A DNA stretch of 64,000 nucleotides from an uncultured Myxococcales bacterium (GCA_937146725.1 CAKZRU010000156.1:19295-83294); one strand, 5' to 3'. Shown: positions 28,870 through 39,389, numbered from the stretch's first letter. The notes: generated by a model from the letters alone, not told the origin. Translations and numbers: made by a program.

Positions 28870-29100
28870 AATATAAATCCTATTGAATCAGATGTAGATA
28901 AAGTCAATTGTAGCTCATTCCTAAGTGTAGATCACACCCTAGTCAGTACTCATTGATTTATTCATGTCTCACTTTGCCTCAGAAAAGACTTGGCTCACAG
29001 AAAAAAGTGTATTTATCTGTTAGCAGAAGCTCTCACCCTATGTGTGAGTGATAGTTATTAAAGTGATCTGCAGTCTTGATCAACATAGAGAGTGAGCAAT

Positions 29101-30162
29101 ATGAGTAAAGAAATGACCCAAGAAGAAGCTCAAATCCGAGCTGGTATTGAAATTATGCTATCAGGCGTACGCGGCATCCCCGAGCATCTACCTCAAGGTG
29201 CAGAATTGGCCAGTGGGATTGCTGAGCAATTTCAATATCCTGTAAAACGAATCACCCTGTGTGCCTTGGGTGGTAGTGCATTCCCTGGAGACCTACTAAA
29301 AGTCATTACTGATCCACTCAGTGTGCCTCTAAAGGTTTCCCGTTCATATGAGGTGGCCCATGCAAAATTAGATCAAAATGATTTAGTCATTGCTTGTAGC
29401 TTTAGTGGAAACACTGAAGAAAGCCTTTCATCTTTGGATGATGCTTTACAGCGAGGTGCCCAGATTTTGATCATCTGTGCTGGTGGTCGACTTGAAGCAT
29501 TGGCCGCTCAGCATAAGCTACCATTTATTAAATTAACTAAACCTAGCCCCACCTTCCAACCCAGAGCGGCTTCTGGATTTTTCATTGGTGCCTTAAGTGC
29601 TATTTTAGAAGATCTTGGCTACTTCCCTGGTGCTCGAGAGCGCTTAAAGGCTGTTGGCCAAGAACTTAAAACTCTGATGAATGTGGAAGAAGAAGCCCAG
29701 CAAATTGCCACGGTTTTAGATGGCTCTATTCCTGTTTTTTATGCCCCTCCGCCATATGCAGAGAGCTTGGCCCGAGTCGTCAAAATTAAGATCAATGAAA
29801 ATGCTAAAAGTCCTGCATTTTGGAATGAAATCCCTGAGTTCAATCATAATGAAATGGTTGGATACACTCGTTTGCATGACAGTTTGACAGCAGTTTTTTT
29901 TGAAGACCCCTTAGCGAGTCCACGCATGCAAACTCGTGTCAATCAATCAGCACAAACCTTAAGCGACTATGGAGTAAAAACTCTCAAGGTTGCGATTCGT
30001 CCCGCCCAAGATCGTCTCACATCACTATTAGCCACTTTATATTTGTTTGATGTAGTGAGCTGTGAGATGGCCCTTAAAGCCGGTGTTGATCCTAATCCCG
30101 TCGCTATGGTGGAGGATTTCAAAGCGGCTTTAGGCTCGTTTAATGGTGTAAAGCAAGCTTAA
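29101..30162 (+). CDS. SIS-domain sugar-phosphate isomerase (bifunctional phosphoglucose/phosphomannose isomerase family-like)
   Basis: ATG at 29101 (track GTG at 29092). SIS motifs LCALGGSAFPGDLL and IACSFSGNTEE. The C-terminal half resembles the bacterial PGI/PMI C-domain. Confidence 0.6.
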   Translation: MSKEMTQEEAQIRAGIEIMLSGVRGIPEHLPQGAELASGIAEQFQYPVKRITLCALGGSAFPGDLLKVITDPLSVPLKVSRSYEVAHAKLDQNDLVIACSFSGNTEESLSSLDDALQRGAQILIICAGGRLEALAAQHKLPFIKLTKPSPTFQPRAASGFFIGALSAILEDLGYFPGARERLKAVGQELKTLMNVEEEAQQIATVLDGSIPVFYAPPPYAESLARVVKIKINENAKSPAFWNEIPEFNHNEMVGYTRLHDSLTAVFFEDPLASPRMQTRVNQSAQTLSDYGVKTLKVAIRPAQDRLTSLLATLYLFDVVSCEMALKAGVDPNPVAMVEDFKAALGSFNGVKQA

Positions 30163-31796
30163 GCTTTTTCGGAGTCTTGAGTCTCTGTTTGCTTTTCATT
30201 TGCCTCTTTTGGACTTAAATCTTCTTCTCTAAGCGCCTTATATAAGGCATAGCACATTAAGAGCATCAGTACGCAAAAGGGTAAACCAAAGCTCACCACA
30301 CCGGCTTTAAGTCCAGAAAGAACCTTTTCACCACCGGTATATAATAAGGCTGCCGCTGTTGCGCCCTCGGCAGTTGCCCAAAAAACTCTTTGCCAAGTTG
30401 GAGGCTCTAGATGACCACCTGAGGTCAACATATCGACCACAAACGAGGCAGAGTCAGATGAGCTCACAAAGAAGATCGTGACTACAATCACAGCCAAAAA
30501 GCACAGCACTTCGGCAAAGGGTAATTGTTCTAGCATGGCATAAACAGCCACTGCATTAGCACCAGAGCCCGCTTCTTCAATCGTTTTAACAATGGCAGGT
30601 CTAATCTCCGGAGATAGAGCAGTCCCCCCGAATACGGCAAACCAAAAGAAGGTCACCACAACCGGAACACACATCACGCTTAATACAAAATCCCGCACGG
30701 TGCGTCCACGAGAAATACGAGCTACAAACATCCCTACAAAAGGTGCCCAAGCGACCCACCATCCCCAATATACAACACTCCAGCCCTTAATCCAATTTGA
30801 CTCAGTGGTCCCACTTTGGCCTAGCTTTAAGCTGCGATAGACAAAGTCGTTCATGTATAAGCCGACGCCCTCGGTAAAGCGATCAAGAATATAACTTGTG
30901 GGCCCAACCACAAAGACAAAAAGAAGCAGTAAACCAGCAATCACCATATTGGCCTCACTGAGTATTCTGATGCCTTTGTCTACACCGGTCACCAAAGAAA
31001 TTGTGGCTGCTCCAGTAATCAGCGCAATGATGATTAATTGAACTGTGACTGTATCAGGTGTACCAAAAAGCCGATGAAAACCAGCACTCACCGAGCTTGC
31101 CCCGGCTCCCAAAGAAGTGGCTAAACCAAACAATGTACCAAATACGGCGATAATATCGATAAAGTGCCCTAACCAACCGTGAATTCGATGGCCAAAGATT
31201 GGGAAAAAGCAAGATCTTAATGACAGTGGTAAGTTGCGGCGATAGGTGAAAAAGGCAATACTTAAGCCAATCACCGCATAGACAGCCCAGGCGTGCAAAC
31301 CCCAATGGTGATAAGTCAAAGGCAGCGCTGCTGTTAAAGCTTCTTGGCTTAAGGCTTCACCAACTGGTGGAGCTCTAAAATGGGCCATGGGCTCAGCCAC
31401 ACCATAAAAAACCAAACCAATTCCCATACCGGCAGCAAACAGCATCGCATACCATGAAGAACGACTGTAAACCGGCTTTTCGTGGTCTTCACCTAATACC
31501 AAATGGCCATAAGGACTCACACATAGCCAAATACAAAAACCAAAAATTAAGGTAACTGACAATACATAAAACCAGCTAAAGTTGGTTAAGATGTAATCCT
31601 TTATCGCCGTAAAAAATGCGATAGATTGGTCTGGTGCAATAACACAGCAAGTGAGTAATACAATCAGCAAGCCACCCGAGGTGAAAAAGACTGGGGGGTT
31701 AATACTGTCAAAAAGTGAAGGCTCTTTGGCCACTGTTGATTCGTTTGAATCATCCAAAGCTAGATCCTTAGAAACACGATCTTTATCAATAGTCAT
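30159..31796 (-). CDS. BCCT-family transporter (betaine/carnitine/choline type)
   Basis: 12 TM-like segments. BCCT signature WSVVYWGWWVAWAPFVGMFVARISRGRT. ATG at 31796. The stop overlaps the convergent SIS-isomerase stop by 4 nt. Confidence 0.9.
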   Translation of the reverse strand: MTIDKDRVSKDLALDDSNESTVAKEPSLFDSINPPVFFTSGGLLIVLLTCCVIAPDQSIAFFTAIKDYILTNFSWFYVLSVTLIFGFCIWLCVSPYGHLVLGEDHEKPVYSRSSWYAMLFAAGMGIGLVFYGVAEPMAHFRAPPVGEALSQEALTAALPLTYHHWGLHAWAVYAVIGLSIAFFTYRRNLPLSLRSCFFPIFGHRIHGWLGHFIDIIAVFGTLFGLATSLGAGASSVSAGFHRLFGTPDTVTVQLIIIALITGAATISLVTGVDKGIRILSEANMVIAGLLLLFVFVVGPTSYILDRFTEGVGLYMNDFVYRSLKLGQSGTTESNWIKGWSVVYWGWWVAWAPFVGMFVARISRGRTVRDFVLSVMCVPVVVTFFWFAVFGGTALSPEIRPAIVKTIEEAGSGANAVAVYAMLEQLPFAEVLCFLAVIVVTIFFVSSSDSASFVVDMLTSGGHLEPPTWQRVFWATAEGATAAALLYTGGEKVLSGLKAGVVSFGLPFCVLMLLMCYALYKALREEDLSPKEANEKQTETQDSEKA

Positions 31797-32257
31797 AACG
31801 CGATTTGGGCAGTATGGTAGCCACCCTCAAACTCCTTAATTGTTGAACATGCTGCGATGATAACAAGCGAAAGGCAATACTGACAAGCTTAAGCTCAATC
31901 TTTTCAAAAAAGACCAAATTCTAACATTCAGTAACGTTCAATTATCGATTCTAAGATAATATTTTATTTTATATATGTACATTTACCTATATTTAGATAT
32001 TTAAAAGCTATAAGGTCATTTTTAAAACCTAATACCAAAACATGGAAATATATAAAATACATCATAAAAAACATACTCTAAGCATGAAATAATGATCAGT
32101 ATTTTTATGTACCTCTTTGAGCTAAAGGGCTACCATAAAGAAGCTGAACTTTATTTGAGCCTAAGCCGAACTCTATGTATCAATCTTAACAGTATTCAAA
32201 ACTTGGTATATTGAATAAGTTAGCAAGCCCCAATTCGTCTACCCACAGGAGATCATC

Positions 32258-33292
32258 ATGGACAGCCCTTCATCTTTGGTACTGAATCACTTGCCCTTAG
32301 GACAAGGCCCATGGAAAACTTTTGAGCCTTTTTTATTCTGTGTTCATCACAGTGACAATTACCCTGCCGGTAATCAAAATATGGCTCCTAAAGCGAGTCT
32401 TGCAGGTCGCAACATTGGCTCTGACTTTTCTGGTCTAAATGGTTGGAGCATGTATCATGGTGATGAAGTCCCCGGCTTTCCTCAGCATCCACATCGAGGC
32501 TTTGAAACCATATCGATTATTCGCCATGGTCTGATTGATCACTCGGACTCACTTGGAGCCACCGCTCGCATTGGAGCAGGCGATGTTCAATGGATGACAG
32601 CTGGTGCCGGTATTGTTCATGCCGAAATGTTCCCTCTTGTCAATCAAGAGCAAAATAACCCCACTGATTTTTTTCAGTTATGGCTAAACCTTCCAGCAAC
32701 CCATAAAATGGTACCGCCTAAGTTTAAAATGTTTTGGAATGAAGAAGTGCCCAAAAAAACATATACGGATCAAGACGGAAAGAAATCAACAGTCACTGTG
32801 ATTGCCGGCTCTTTTAAAGACCTAAAACCCTTGGCGCCACCACAAGACTCTTGGGCCTCTAACCCTCAATCAAATGTCGTCATTTGGCTGATTGACTTAG
32901 AAGCAAACGCAAAGATCACTTTGCCCAAACAGCCAGAAAACAGCAAGCGAGTCATTTATCATGTCAATGGAGGGCGAATAGATCTAGGCGGCACAAGCTT
33001 ACATCCCAAACATGGCGCATTGATGAGAGCCAACTATGAACACCCCGTCCAAGCAACCACACAAGCTTCTAGCATATTGGTTTTACAGGCTCGTCCCATT
33101 GGTGAACCCGTGGTACAACATGGCCCCTTTGTGATGAATAGCACACAAGAAATCAGACAGGCGATCTATGATTATCAGCGAACTCGCTTTGGTGGCTGGC
33201 CTTGGGCCAAACCGGACCCTGCTCACTCAAGAGACAAAGGACGCTTTGCGCGCTTTGCCGATGGCAAAGAAATACTGCCTCCACCAACATAA
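32258..33292 (+). CDS. Pirin-family protein (cupin)
   Basis: AGGAG RBS then ATG at 32258. Pirin N-domain metal-binding motif HPHRGFETISIIRHG...H..D and GDVQWMTAGAGIVHAEM. Confidence 0.85.
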   Translation: MDSPSSLVLNHLPLGQGPWKTFEPFLFCVHHSDNYPAGNQNMAPKASLAGRNIGSDFSGLNGWSMYHGDEVPGFPQHPHRGFETISIIRHGLIDHSDSLGATARIGAGDVQWMTAGAGIVHAEMFPLVNQEQNNPTDFFQLWLNLPATHKMVPPKFKMFWNEEVPKKTYTDQDGKKSTVTVIAGSFKDLKPLAPPQDSWASNPQSNVVIWLIDLEANAKITLPKQPENSKRVIYHVNGGRIDLGGTSLHPKHGALMRANYEHPVQATTQASSILVLQARPIGEPVVQHGPFVMNSTQEIRQAIYDYQRTRFGGWPWAKPDPAHSRDKGRFARFADGKEILPPPT

Positions 33293-33310
33293 AACTCAGC
33301 AATCCCTTAA

Positions 33311-33853
33311 CTAAAGCTCATCAAAATCTTCACCTAGAGTGAAATCATAACTAATGGAAAAAAGATAATAAAGCTTAGTCAAATCCTGATGATCACCTTC
33401 ACGCCACAAGCCCTTTCCACCATAAAGCGCCAAACTCCATAAAGACAACTGCCAATGTTCTGATAAAAAATAACTTAGGCCAACGCTGGCGCCAATTGTC
33501 GCCTTTACAGAATCTTGAATAGCAGCCCCAACCCTTAAGGCAAACCAAGGCCTTAAGCGTAAAAAATCTATACGATACCGTCCACCCAAACTGACTTGAT
33601 GACGCGCATCTGTTGAATGAGCCATTTCATGAATATAATCACCCATCAATGCCCAAGAAGAATCAAGTTCATACATAAGCCCTGTATAAGCAAGTGTGGA
33701 TTGACGTTCTTCCTTTGGCCAAGTAAGACCTAGCCCCAAGTCTATTGCCAACTTAGGCACAGTATAATTAGCGAAGCTTGATCGAGGTCTTAGACTGAAA
33801 CCAATCAAGAGCAATAAAACCAATAAGACTAGATGGAGATTTTTTAATGGCAT
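33311..33853 (-). CDS. Hypothetical small secreted/outer-membrane protein
   Basis: Signal peptide MPLKNLHLVLLVLLLLIGFSLRP. About 160-aa mature part with alternating hydrophobic/aromatic pattern (LSYFLSEHWQLSLWSLALYG) suggesting a small beta-barrel. No known motif. Confidence 0.5.
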   Translation of the reverse strand: MPLKNLHLVLLVLLLLIGFSLRPRSSFANYTVPKLAIDLGLGLTWPKEERQSTLAYTGLMYELDSSWALMGDYIHEMAHSTDARHQVSLGGRYRIDFLRLRPWFALRVGAAIQDSVKATIGASVGLSYFLSEHWQLSLWSLALYGGKGLWREGDHQDLTKLYYLFSISYDFTLGEDFDEL

Positions 33854-33911
33854 GCTCGGACCTTTAATATAAGTTCAAGTTTACAAAAATCATTCAAACG
33901 AACAAGTCAAG

Positions 33912-34751
33912 CTACCAAGAAATATCTGCCCATATTGGAAAGTGATCACTGCTTTTAATGTGTTGGGCTACTTCAAAATTATGGACCTTTAGCCCACGTC
34001 CCAAAATATGATCAATTCGACAATGTGGGTTCTTAACACTAAAACTATATTCTTCGGCAAGCTCTGGTGATTGGGCAAATGACTCGGCTAGGTTTCCTAA
34101 TCCTAACTCAGTCTTTAATATTTGCACAGATTTGGAATTAGGCAGATCATTAAAGTCGCCTAACATTAAAAGCGGACCAGTGCTTTGCCTAAGATATTTA
34201 GTAATAACCAATACTTGAGCATATCTTTCTGTCTCATCCACGCTTAAATGAGTGTTCAGCACTCTAAGCGGCTGACTCATCCCTTGCAGTGACCATAAGA
34301 ATACTTGAGCGCCACGTTGTTCATCCGCAACATAAGGTAAATAGAGAGCCTGCTCTAAACATAAATCCCCTATTGCACTTAGGCCGATCCCATAATAGCC
34401 ACTATTATCAAAGCCCTCGCTCCCGCGCTGAATAGAAGATTGAGTGGAAGATTGAGTAGAAGCAAGCACCATATCAAACTTAAAAGGGCCGCCCTGATAT
34501 GGGTCCATAGACCAAGACCGACTGAGTAAGGGCATAAACCCATATTGCATATGCCCTTGCGCCTTGGCTAAATAGGCACATTGATTAAGCGATATACCCA
34601 AAGACCAATGCTGGCCTAACTCTTGAAAAGCAGTGAGATCCGCTTTTAAGCTATACAAGTCAGAAGCAACACAAGCCAAGCTTGAGTCAACTCCAACTCT
34701 GATATTAAAACTGGCGACTCGAACTACATTTTCTTGTGACGTGTGCTTCAT
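33912..34751 (-). CDS. Endonuclease/exonuclease/phosphatase (EEP) family protein
   Basis: VASFNIRVG, GDFNDLPNS, RIDHIL and SDHFPIWADI motifs match the EEP catalytic motifs. Confidence 0.8.
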   Translation of the reverse strand: MKHTSQENVVRVASFNIRVGVDSSLACVASDLYSLKADLTAFQELGQHWSLGISLNQCAYLAKAQGHMQYGFMPLLSRSWSMDPYQGGPFKFDMVLASTQSSTQSSIQRGSEGFDNSGYYGIGLSAIGDLCLEQALYLPYVADEQRGAQVFLWSLQGMSQPLRVLNTHLSVDETERYAQVLVITKYLRQSTGPLLMLGDFNDLPNSKSVQILKTELGLGNLAESFAQSPELAEEYSFSVKNPHCRIDHILGRGLKVHNFEVAQHIKSSDHFPIWADISW

Positions 34752-34845
34752 AAGAATACGTAGCCCTAGTTTAACTTAAAAAGCAAGAATACCTAAAATA
34801 GTCAAAAGTATGCTTACCCATTTTTTAAACTTTATTTAGTTTTTC

Positions 34846-35394
34846 CTATTTGGCTTTTTTCTTAGCCGCTCGCTTTTTAGCAGGGGCCTTTGCTTTGGTT
34901 GTTTTAGCAGTCGTCTTAGCTTCTGCTTGTTCTCCAAAAGAGTAAGTCATATTACGAGTCTCACCTTGCTTGGTAAGACTTTTAGCATACTTGCTTTTTT
35001 GGAAGTCATTCCAAAGATTGGCTGTAAACTTAGGAGAAACCTTAGCAAACACTGCGATAGCATCTTGCTTCTTTTTATTCTTAAAAGATGCTTTAAGACA
35101 CTCAGTAAAAATGAGTTCTTTTTCAGCTTTAGAGCGGTGAACTCTTTTCTCTTTTTTTCCTCGTGCTTTCTTACTTTTAACCGCTTCATCAGCTGAGCGG
35201 TTATAGCTTCTCTTTTTACCAATACTGACTTTCATTTCTCCCAATTCGAAATGAATTTCTGTATTGATGATACTTCCATCATCATTTGTAAGCTGTTGGA
35301 TAATATGGTTTTTAATCGCAAGATCAGCTTCAGCTTTCTTGAGAGAATCTTGTGCTTGTTTTAGAATATCTTCTAGACTTTGTGTATTTGACAT
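34846..35394 (-). CDS. Lys/Ala-rich histone-H1-like (nucleoid- or polyanion-binding) protein with N-terminal coiled coil
   Basis: ATG at 35394 with GGAG 8 nt upstream (the track start at 35412 is TTG). C-terminus AKTTAKTTKAKAPAKKRAAKKKAK. Internal KKARGKKEKRVHRSKAEK. Confidence 0.55.
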   Translation of the reverse strand: MSNTQSLEDILKQAQDSLKKAEADLAIKNHIIQQLTNDDGSIINTEIHFELGEMKVSIGKKRSYNRSADEAVKSKKARGKKEKRVHRSKAEKELIFTECLKASFKNKKKQDAIAVFAKVSPKFTANLWNDFQKSKYAKSLTKQGETRNMTYSFGEQAEAKTTAKTTKAKAPAKKRAAKKKAK

Positions 35395-35675
35395 AAATGT
35401 CACTCCATACAATTCGTTTTTAAAAAAGTGTTATATAAACAGGACTCAAACTCATTTATGTTAATCAATTATAATAAGTTCGTCTTTAGTGTTTTTGTAT
35501 ATTTACATAAATCAATTTTAGAAATCAAACGATTTAACTTATAACTATGTAAAAACTCTTAAAATCATTAGCTTTTAACGAACTGTTATTTCAGAAACCA
35601 TCTTCATACTTGCCTATTATCAGTGATCAGTGTAGGAGAATAAGCGTGCATAATATGTAGAGGCAAGGCACATAA

Positions 35676-35689
35676 ATTAAGATCTTAAT
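35676..35689. promoter_or_regulatory. Perfect 14-bp palindrome ATTAAGATCTTAAT in the 300-bp AT-rich divergent region, ~22 bp upstream of parA-like start
   Basis: Direct reading (35676-35689). Position fits an autoregulatory operator or centromere-like site for the adjacent ParA/ParB-like pair. Function is inferred. Confidence 0.35.
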
Positions 35690-35711
35690 AGAACGGTAAT
35701 TGGAGTGATCA

Positions 35712-36356
35712 ATGGCTAAGAGCTCTAGTAATAAAACACAGACAAATAAGGATAAGACCACGTATAAGATTGCAGTCTTTAGTGGTAAAGGTGGTGTTGG
35801 TAAGAGTACAGTGAGTGCGATTTTATCTGTGGCCGCTGGGAATTCTGTGCTCATTGACTGTGACCCTCAAGCAAGTCTAAGTCATTGGGGGGACTTAAGA
35901 GACTCTGACCCTGAGGTCATTTCTCTGCCTCCAACTCGTTTAAAGAGCAAACTTCCTAAGCTTGATCATGACTATGTTATTGTCGATACGCCAGGTGCTT
36001 TGGTTTCTGGTACAATCGATGCACTTAAGCTGATGGATCTGATTATTGTTGTGACGCCCATCGATACTTTTGAACTTGCTGCTTTAAATGATACCTTAAA
36101 CACTGCTGAGGTTGCGCGAAAACCTATTGCTCTCATTATAAATCGGTTACACCCACAGGCAAATGCCGAAAACGCGTTAACTATGTTCAGTGAGCTAGGC
36201 GTGCCGGTCTGTCCCGTTGTAATTCGAGAAAGAGCTATTCATAGACATTTATTGACCGAGGGTAAAACTTGCTTTGATAAAAAGTCTGAAAGTAAAGCAA
36301 GTCAAGAACTTACTGAGGTTTGGGCTTGGATCCAAGAGCAACTTGCTGCAAATTAG
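35712..36356 (+). CDS. parA: Small ParA/MinD-family P-loop ATPase (type Ib partition-like)
   Basis: GGAG RBS. Deviant Walker A KIAVFSGKGGVGKST and DCDPQAS, 214 aa. Confidence 0.85.
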   Translation: MAKSSSNKTQTNKDKTTYKIAVFSGKGGVGKSTVSAILSVAAGNSVLIDCDPQASLSHWGDLRDSDPEVISLPPTRLKSKLPKLDHDYVIVDTPGALVSGTIDALKLMDLIIVVTPIDTFELAALNDTLNTAEVARKPIALIINRLHPQANAENALTMFSELGVPVCPVVIRERAIHRHLLTEGKTCFDKKSESKASQELTEVWAWIQEQLAAN

Positions 36357-36426
36357 GATAAGTTGTCTAACAACTATATAAGTAAACTCAGCATTAGCCT
36401 AGTGAATGACCAAGGGAGAGTATTTT

Positions 36427-37194
36427 ATGGCTCGGCGCCCGGCTCCATTAAAACGACAACGTAATCAAAGAGCCGAAGAAATAAGGGCTCAATACACAGA
36501 GGTAGCAGGTACTAGAGAACGCCTACCTTTGAGCCAAATTTCGGCGAGAGTACATGGAGATACTCGTGAGCTCAATGAACAACATGTTCAAGAGCTTATG
36601 GAAAGTATAGAGATTCTCGGCCTGATTAGCCCACTTTCAGTCGATCGAGAAGGCACACTTTTAGCCGGTGGCCATCGGCGAGCGGCCTTGGTATTATTGG
36701 CAGAGCATAACCCTGAATACTTTAGTGAGCACTTTGCAGAGGGAGTCCCTGTTTATCGACTAGACCTGCTCGCTGAAGAGGCTCCGGTTGAAGCTTTACA
36801 AGTTGAAATCGAAGAAAATACCCAACGACGCAATTATAGTGCAATCGAAATCAAACAAGCTGCCAAGCGTCTTGAGCAGGCTGGATATGAAAAACTAAAA
36901 GGTCGTCCTAAAGAAGGTCAAAAGTCTCTTAAGCAAGCGTTGCAAAGAATTTTTAAACTCAGCGATCGTCGTATTCAAGCGATTCTCAATCAAGATGAGC
37001 AACTTGAAAAATACAAGAGTACTGAACTGCCTGTAAGTCAAAAAAGCTTACATTCAGCCCAGCGTAAGGCGATTAAAAGTTTAAATCATATAGAAGATCA
37101 GCTTCATCGCTTTGAAGAAGCCGGCCAACTACACCAAGAAGCCTTGCATAAAGTCAGAGAAGCCCTAAAAGCTTTGGAGCAGATTAAGGCCTAA
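36427..37194 (+). CDS. ParB N-terminal-domain (ParB/Srx fold) protein
   Basis: ATG at 36427 preceded by AAGGGAGAG. ISPLSVDREGTLLAGGHRRAALVLL matches the ParB box (GxxRxxA). The C-terminal part is a helical/basic region. Confidence 0.7.
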   Translation: MARRPAPLKRQRNQRAEEIRAQYTEVAGTRERLPLSQISARVHGDTRELNEQHVQELMESIEILGLISPLSVDREGTLLAGGHRRAALVLLAEHNPEYFSEHFAEGVPVYRLDLLAEEAPVEALQVEIEENTQRRNYSAIEIKQAAKRLEQAGYEKLKGRPKEGQKSLKQALQRIFKLSDRRIQAILNQDEQLEKYKSTELPVSQKSLHSAQRKAIKSLNHIEDQLHRFEEAGQLHQEALHKVREALKALEQIKA

Positions 37195-37318
37195 CTTGTT
37201 GTTTGCTAAGATCTGTTGATCTGATCTTTTAGATCACACCTAGACTCATGAAGCTATGTTTAACTGACTTGAGCCTAGCTTTTGATCCGCCTACAAACTA
37301 CATAAATTAAGTGTTGAT

Positions 37319-39214
37319 TTAGTTTTCTTCAAACTCAGCGTCGATGACATCATCGTCATCATCATCTGCATCAGCCGCACCTGCACCTGCACCTGCATCT
37401 GCACCTGGTGCCGCGCCCGCTGCTTGATACATCTTGCTGAAGATATCATTTGAGCTACTTTGTAGAGCTTGAGTTGCGCTTTCGATACGATCACTGTCAT
37501 CGCTCTCAAGTGCTTCTCGTACTTCTGCAACACCAGCAGTCAAGGTTTCCTTATCGCTGTCACTGAGTTGCTCACTCATTTCTTCAATGGTCTTTTCGGT
37601 TTGATGAGCCAAAGAGTCAGCATTATTGCGAATCTCAACTTGCTTCTTACGCTCTTCATCAGCGCTCTTGTGCTCTTCTGCCTCTTGTACCATACGATCG
37701 ATTTCGCTGTCGCTTAATCCACTTGAAGATTGGATGGTGATCTTTTGCTCTTTGTTTGTCGCTTTATCAACAGCGCTCACATTCACAATACCGTTGGCAT
37801 CAATATCAAAGGTTACCTCGATTTGAGGAACACCGCGAGGCGCTGCTGGAATACCTTCAAGATTGAACTTACCCAAGGTCTTATTATCACGAGCCATCGG
37901 ACGCTCACCTTGAAGCACATGTACTGTTACAGCGCTTTGATTATCGGCAGCTGTTGAGAATACCTCGCTCTTTTTGGTTGGAATCGTGGTGTTTCTTTGG
38001 ATCAAAGTGGTCATCACTCCACCCATGGTTTCGATACCAAGTGATAATGGGGTCACGTCCAAAAGTAGAATGTCTTTAACATCACCAGAAAGTACACCCG
38101 CTTGTACAGCGGCACCACAGGCAACAACTTCATCCGGATTTACGGTTTGATTTACTTTCTTGCCAAAGAAACGCTCTACTTCTTGTTGTACAAGTGGAAT
38201 ACGAGTTGATCCACCCACAAGAATCACTTCATCAATTTCAGTCTTGCTCTTTTTAGAGTCAGTTAAAGCTTTTTGGCAAGGCTCAAGGCTCTTTTTAACC
38301 AAGCTACGAATCAGCTGCTCAAACTTTGAACGACTCAAAGTAATGTCTAAGTGCTTTGGTCCGGTTGCATCAGCGGTTAAGAAAGGTAGATTGATTTGAG
38401 TCTCATTTACATTTGAGAGCTCAATCTTAGCATTCTCGGCAGCTTCCTTGAGGCGTTGTAAAACCATGGTATCTTTGCTGACGTCAATACCGGTATCTTT
38501 TTTGAACTCGTCGATCAAAAAGTCAATGATGCAGTCGTCAAAATCATCACCACCAAGGTGCGTATCACCATTGGTTGCAATTACTTCGATTACATTATCA
38601 TCAACCTCAAGAATTGAAATATCAAAGGTACCACCACCCAAGTCATATACCGCAATTACTTGGTCTTCTTTTTTATCTAAGCCGTAAGCTAGAGCTGCTG
38701 CAGTGGGCTCATTAACAATACGCTTAACATCTAGGCCAGCAATGCGACCTGCATCTTTGGTTGCCTGACGTTGGGCATCATTAAAGTAAGCCGGTACTGT
38801 AATCACAGCAGCCTCAATGGACTCACCAAGATAACGCTCTGCAGCACCTTTAAGCTTTTGTAAGATTTTAGCGCTTACCTCTGGTGGAGAAATACGTTTC
38901 TCATCAATTTGGATTTCAATACGACCATTACTCCCTCGGCTCATTCCATAGGGCATACGCTCCATGTCACCTTGCATCTCGTCGAAGCTTCCACCCATAA
39001 AGCGCTTGGCACTGTAAATGGTTTTGGTCGGATTTGTGATCGCTTGTCGGCGTGCTACCTGTCCTACAAGTACATCCCCATTCTTGTCCCAAGCCACTAC
39101 AGAAGGCGTGGTACGGTGTCCCTCTTCATTTTGAATGACACGAGGCTCGCTTCCGTCCATGATAGAAACAACAGAGTTAGTTGTACCAAGGTCTATTCCG
39201 ATAATCTTGCCCAT
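37319..39214 (-). CDS. dnaK: Molecular chaperone DnaK (Hsp70)
   Basis: [31 protein letters not shown], and the full-length 631-aa Hsp70 architecture with a DD-rich EEVD-less bacterial tail. Confidence 0.97.
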   Translation of the reverse strand: MGKIIGIDLGTTNSVVSIMDGSEPRVIQNEEGHRTTPSVVAWDKNGDVLVGQVARRQAITNPTKTIYSAKRFMGGSFDEMQGDMERMPYGMSRGSNGRIEIQIDEKRISPPEVSAKILQKLKGAAERYLGESIEAAVITVPAYFNDAQRQATKDAGRIAGLDVKRIVNEPTAAALAYGLDKKEDQVIAVYDLGGGTFDISILEVDDNVIEVIATNGDTHLGGDDFDDCIIDFLIDEFKKDTGIDVSKDTMVLQRLKEAAENAKIELSNVNETQINLPFLTADATGPKHLDITLSRSKFEQLIRSLVKKSLEPCQKALTDSKKSKTEIDEVILVGGSTRIPLVQQEVERFFGKKVNQTVNPDEVVACGAAVQAGVLSGDVKDILLLDVTPLSLGIETMGGVMTTLIQRNTTIPTKKSEVFSTAADNQSAVTVHVLQGERPMARDNKTLGKFNLEGIPAAPRGVPQIEVTFDIDANGIVNVSAVDKATNKEQKITIQSSSGLSDSEIDRMVQEAEEHKSADEERKKQVEIRNNADSLAHQTEKTIEEMSEQLSDSDKETLTAGVAEVREALESDDSDRIESATQALQSSSNDIFSKMYQAAGAAPGADAGAGAGAADADDDDDDVIDAEFEEN

Positions 39215-39372
39215 GACTTCTTTCTCCTTATCATCTGCCTTCCGGCGCTCAGTCTATACTTTTCCTGAGTTGGTTAATTTATAAATCTAAACTCTCAATG
39301 TTTAAGTTTTTAAGCGTATAAACAAAGCCAAATCGCTTACGATCAACGCTTGCCCTGTGAACTTAAACACTG

Positions 39373-39389
39373 CCTTGAAAGCGTCAAGG
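39373..39389. promoter_or_regulatory. Perfect inverted repeat CCTTGA-N5-TCAAGG ~160 bp upstream of dnaK
   Basis: Direct reading. Includes a CTTGAAA heptamer on the plus strand. Role is unproven (operator, or hairpin between galU 3' end and dnaK). Confidence 0.25.

Noticed and set aside
34846-37194. Mobile element or integrated plasmid call for the ParA/ParB-like cassette
   Set aside because: There is no integrase, transposase, relaxase or replication-initiator gene, and no flanking direct repeats or tRNA target were seen. It is kept as a finding, not annotated as a mobile_element.
37208-37230. Hairpin AAGATC-N9-GATCTT followed by TTTT between the convergent parB-like and dnaK genes, as a bidirectional terminator
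   Set aside because: The stem is only 6 bp and AT-rich, with predicted stability too low to call an intrinsic terminator from sequence alone.
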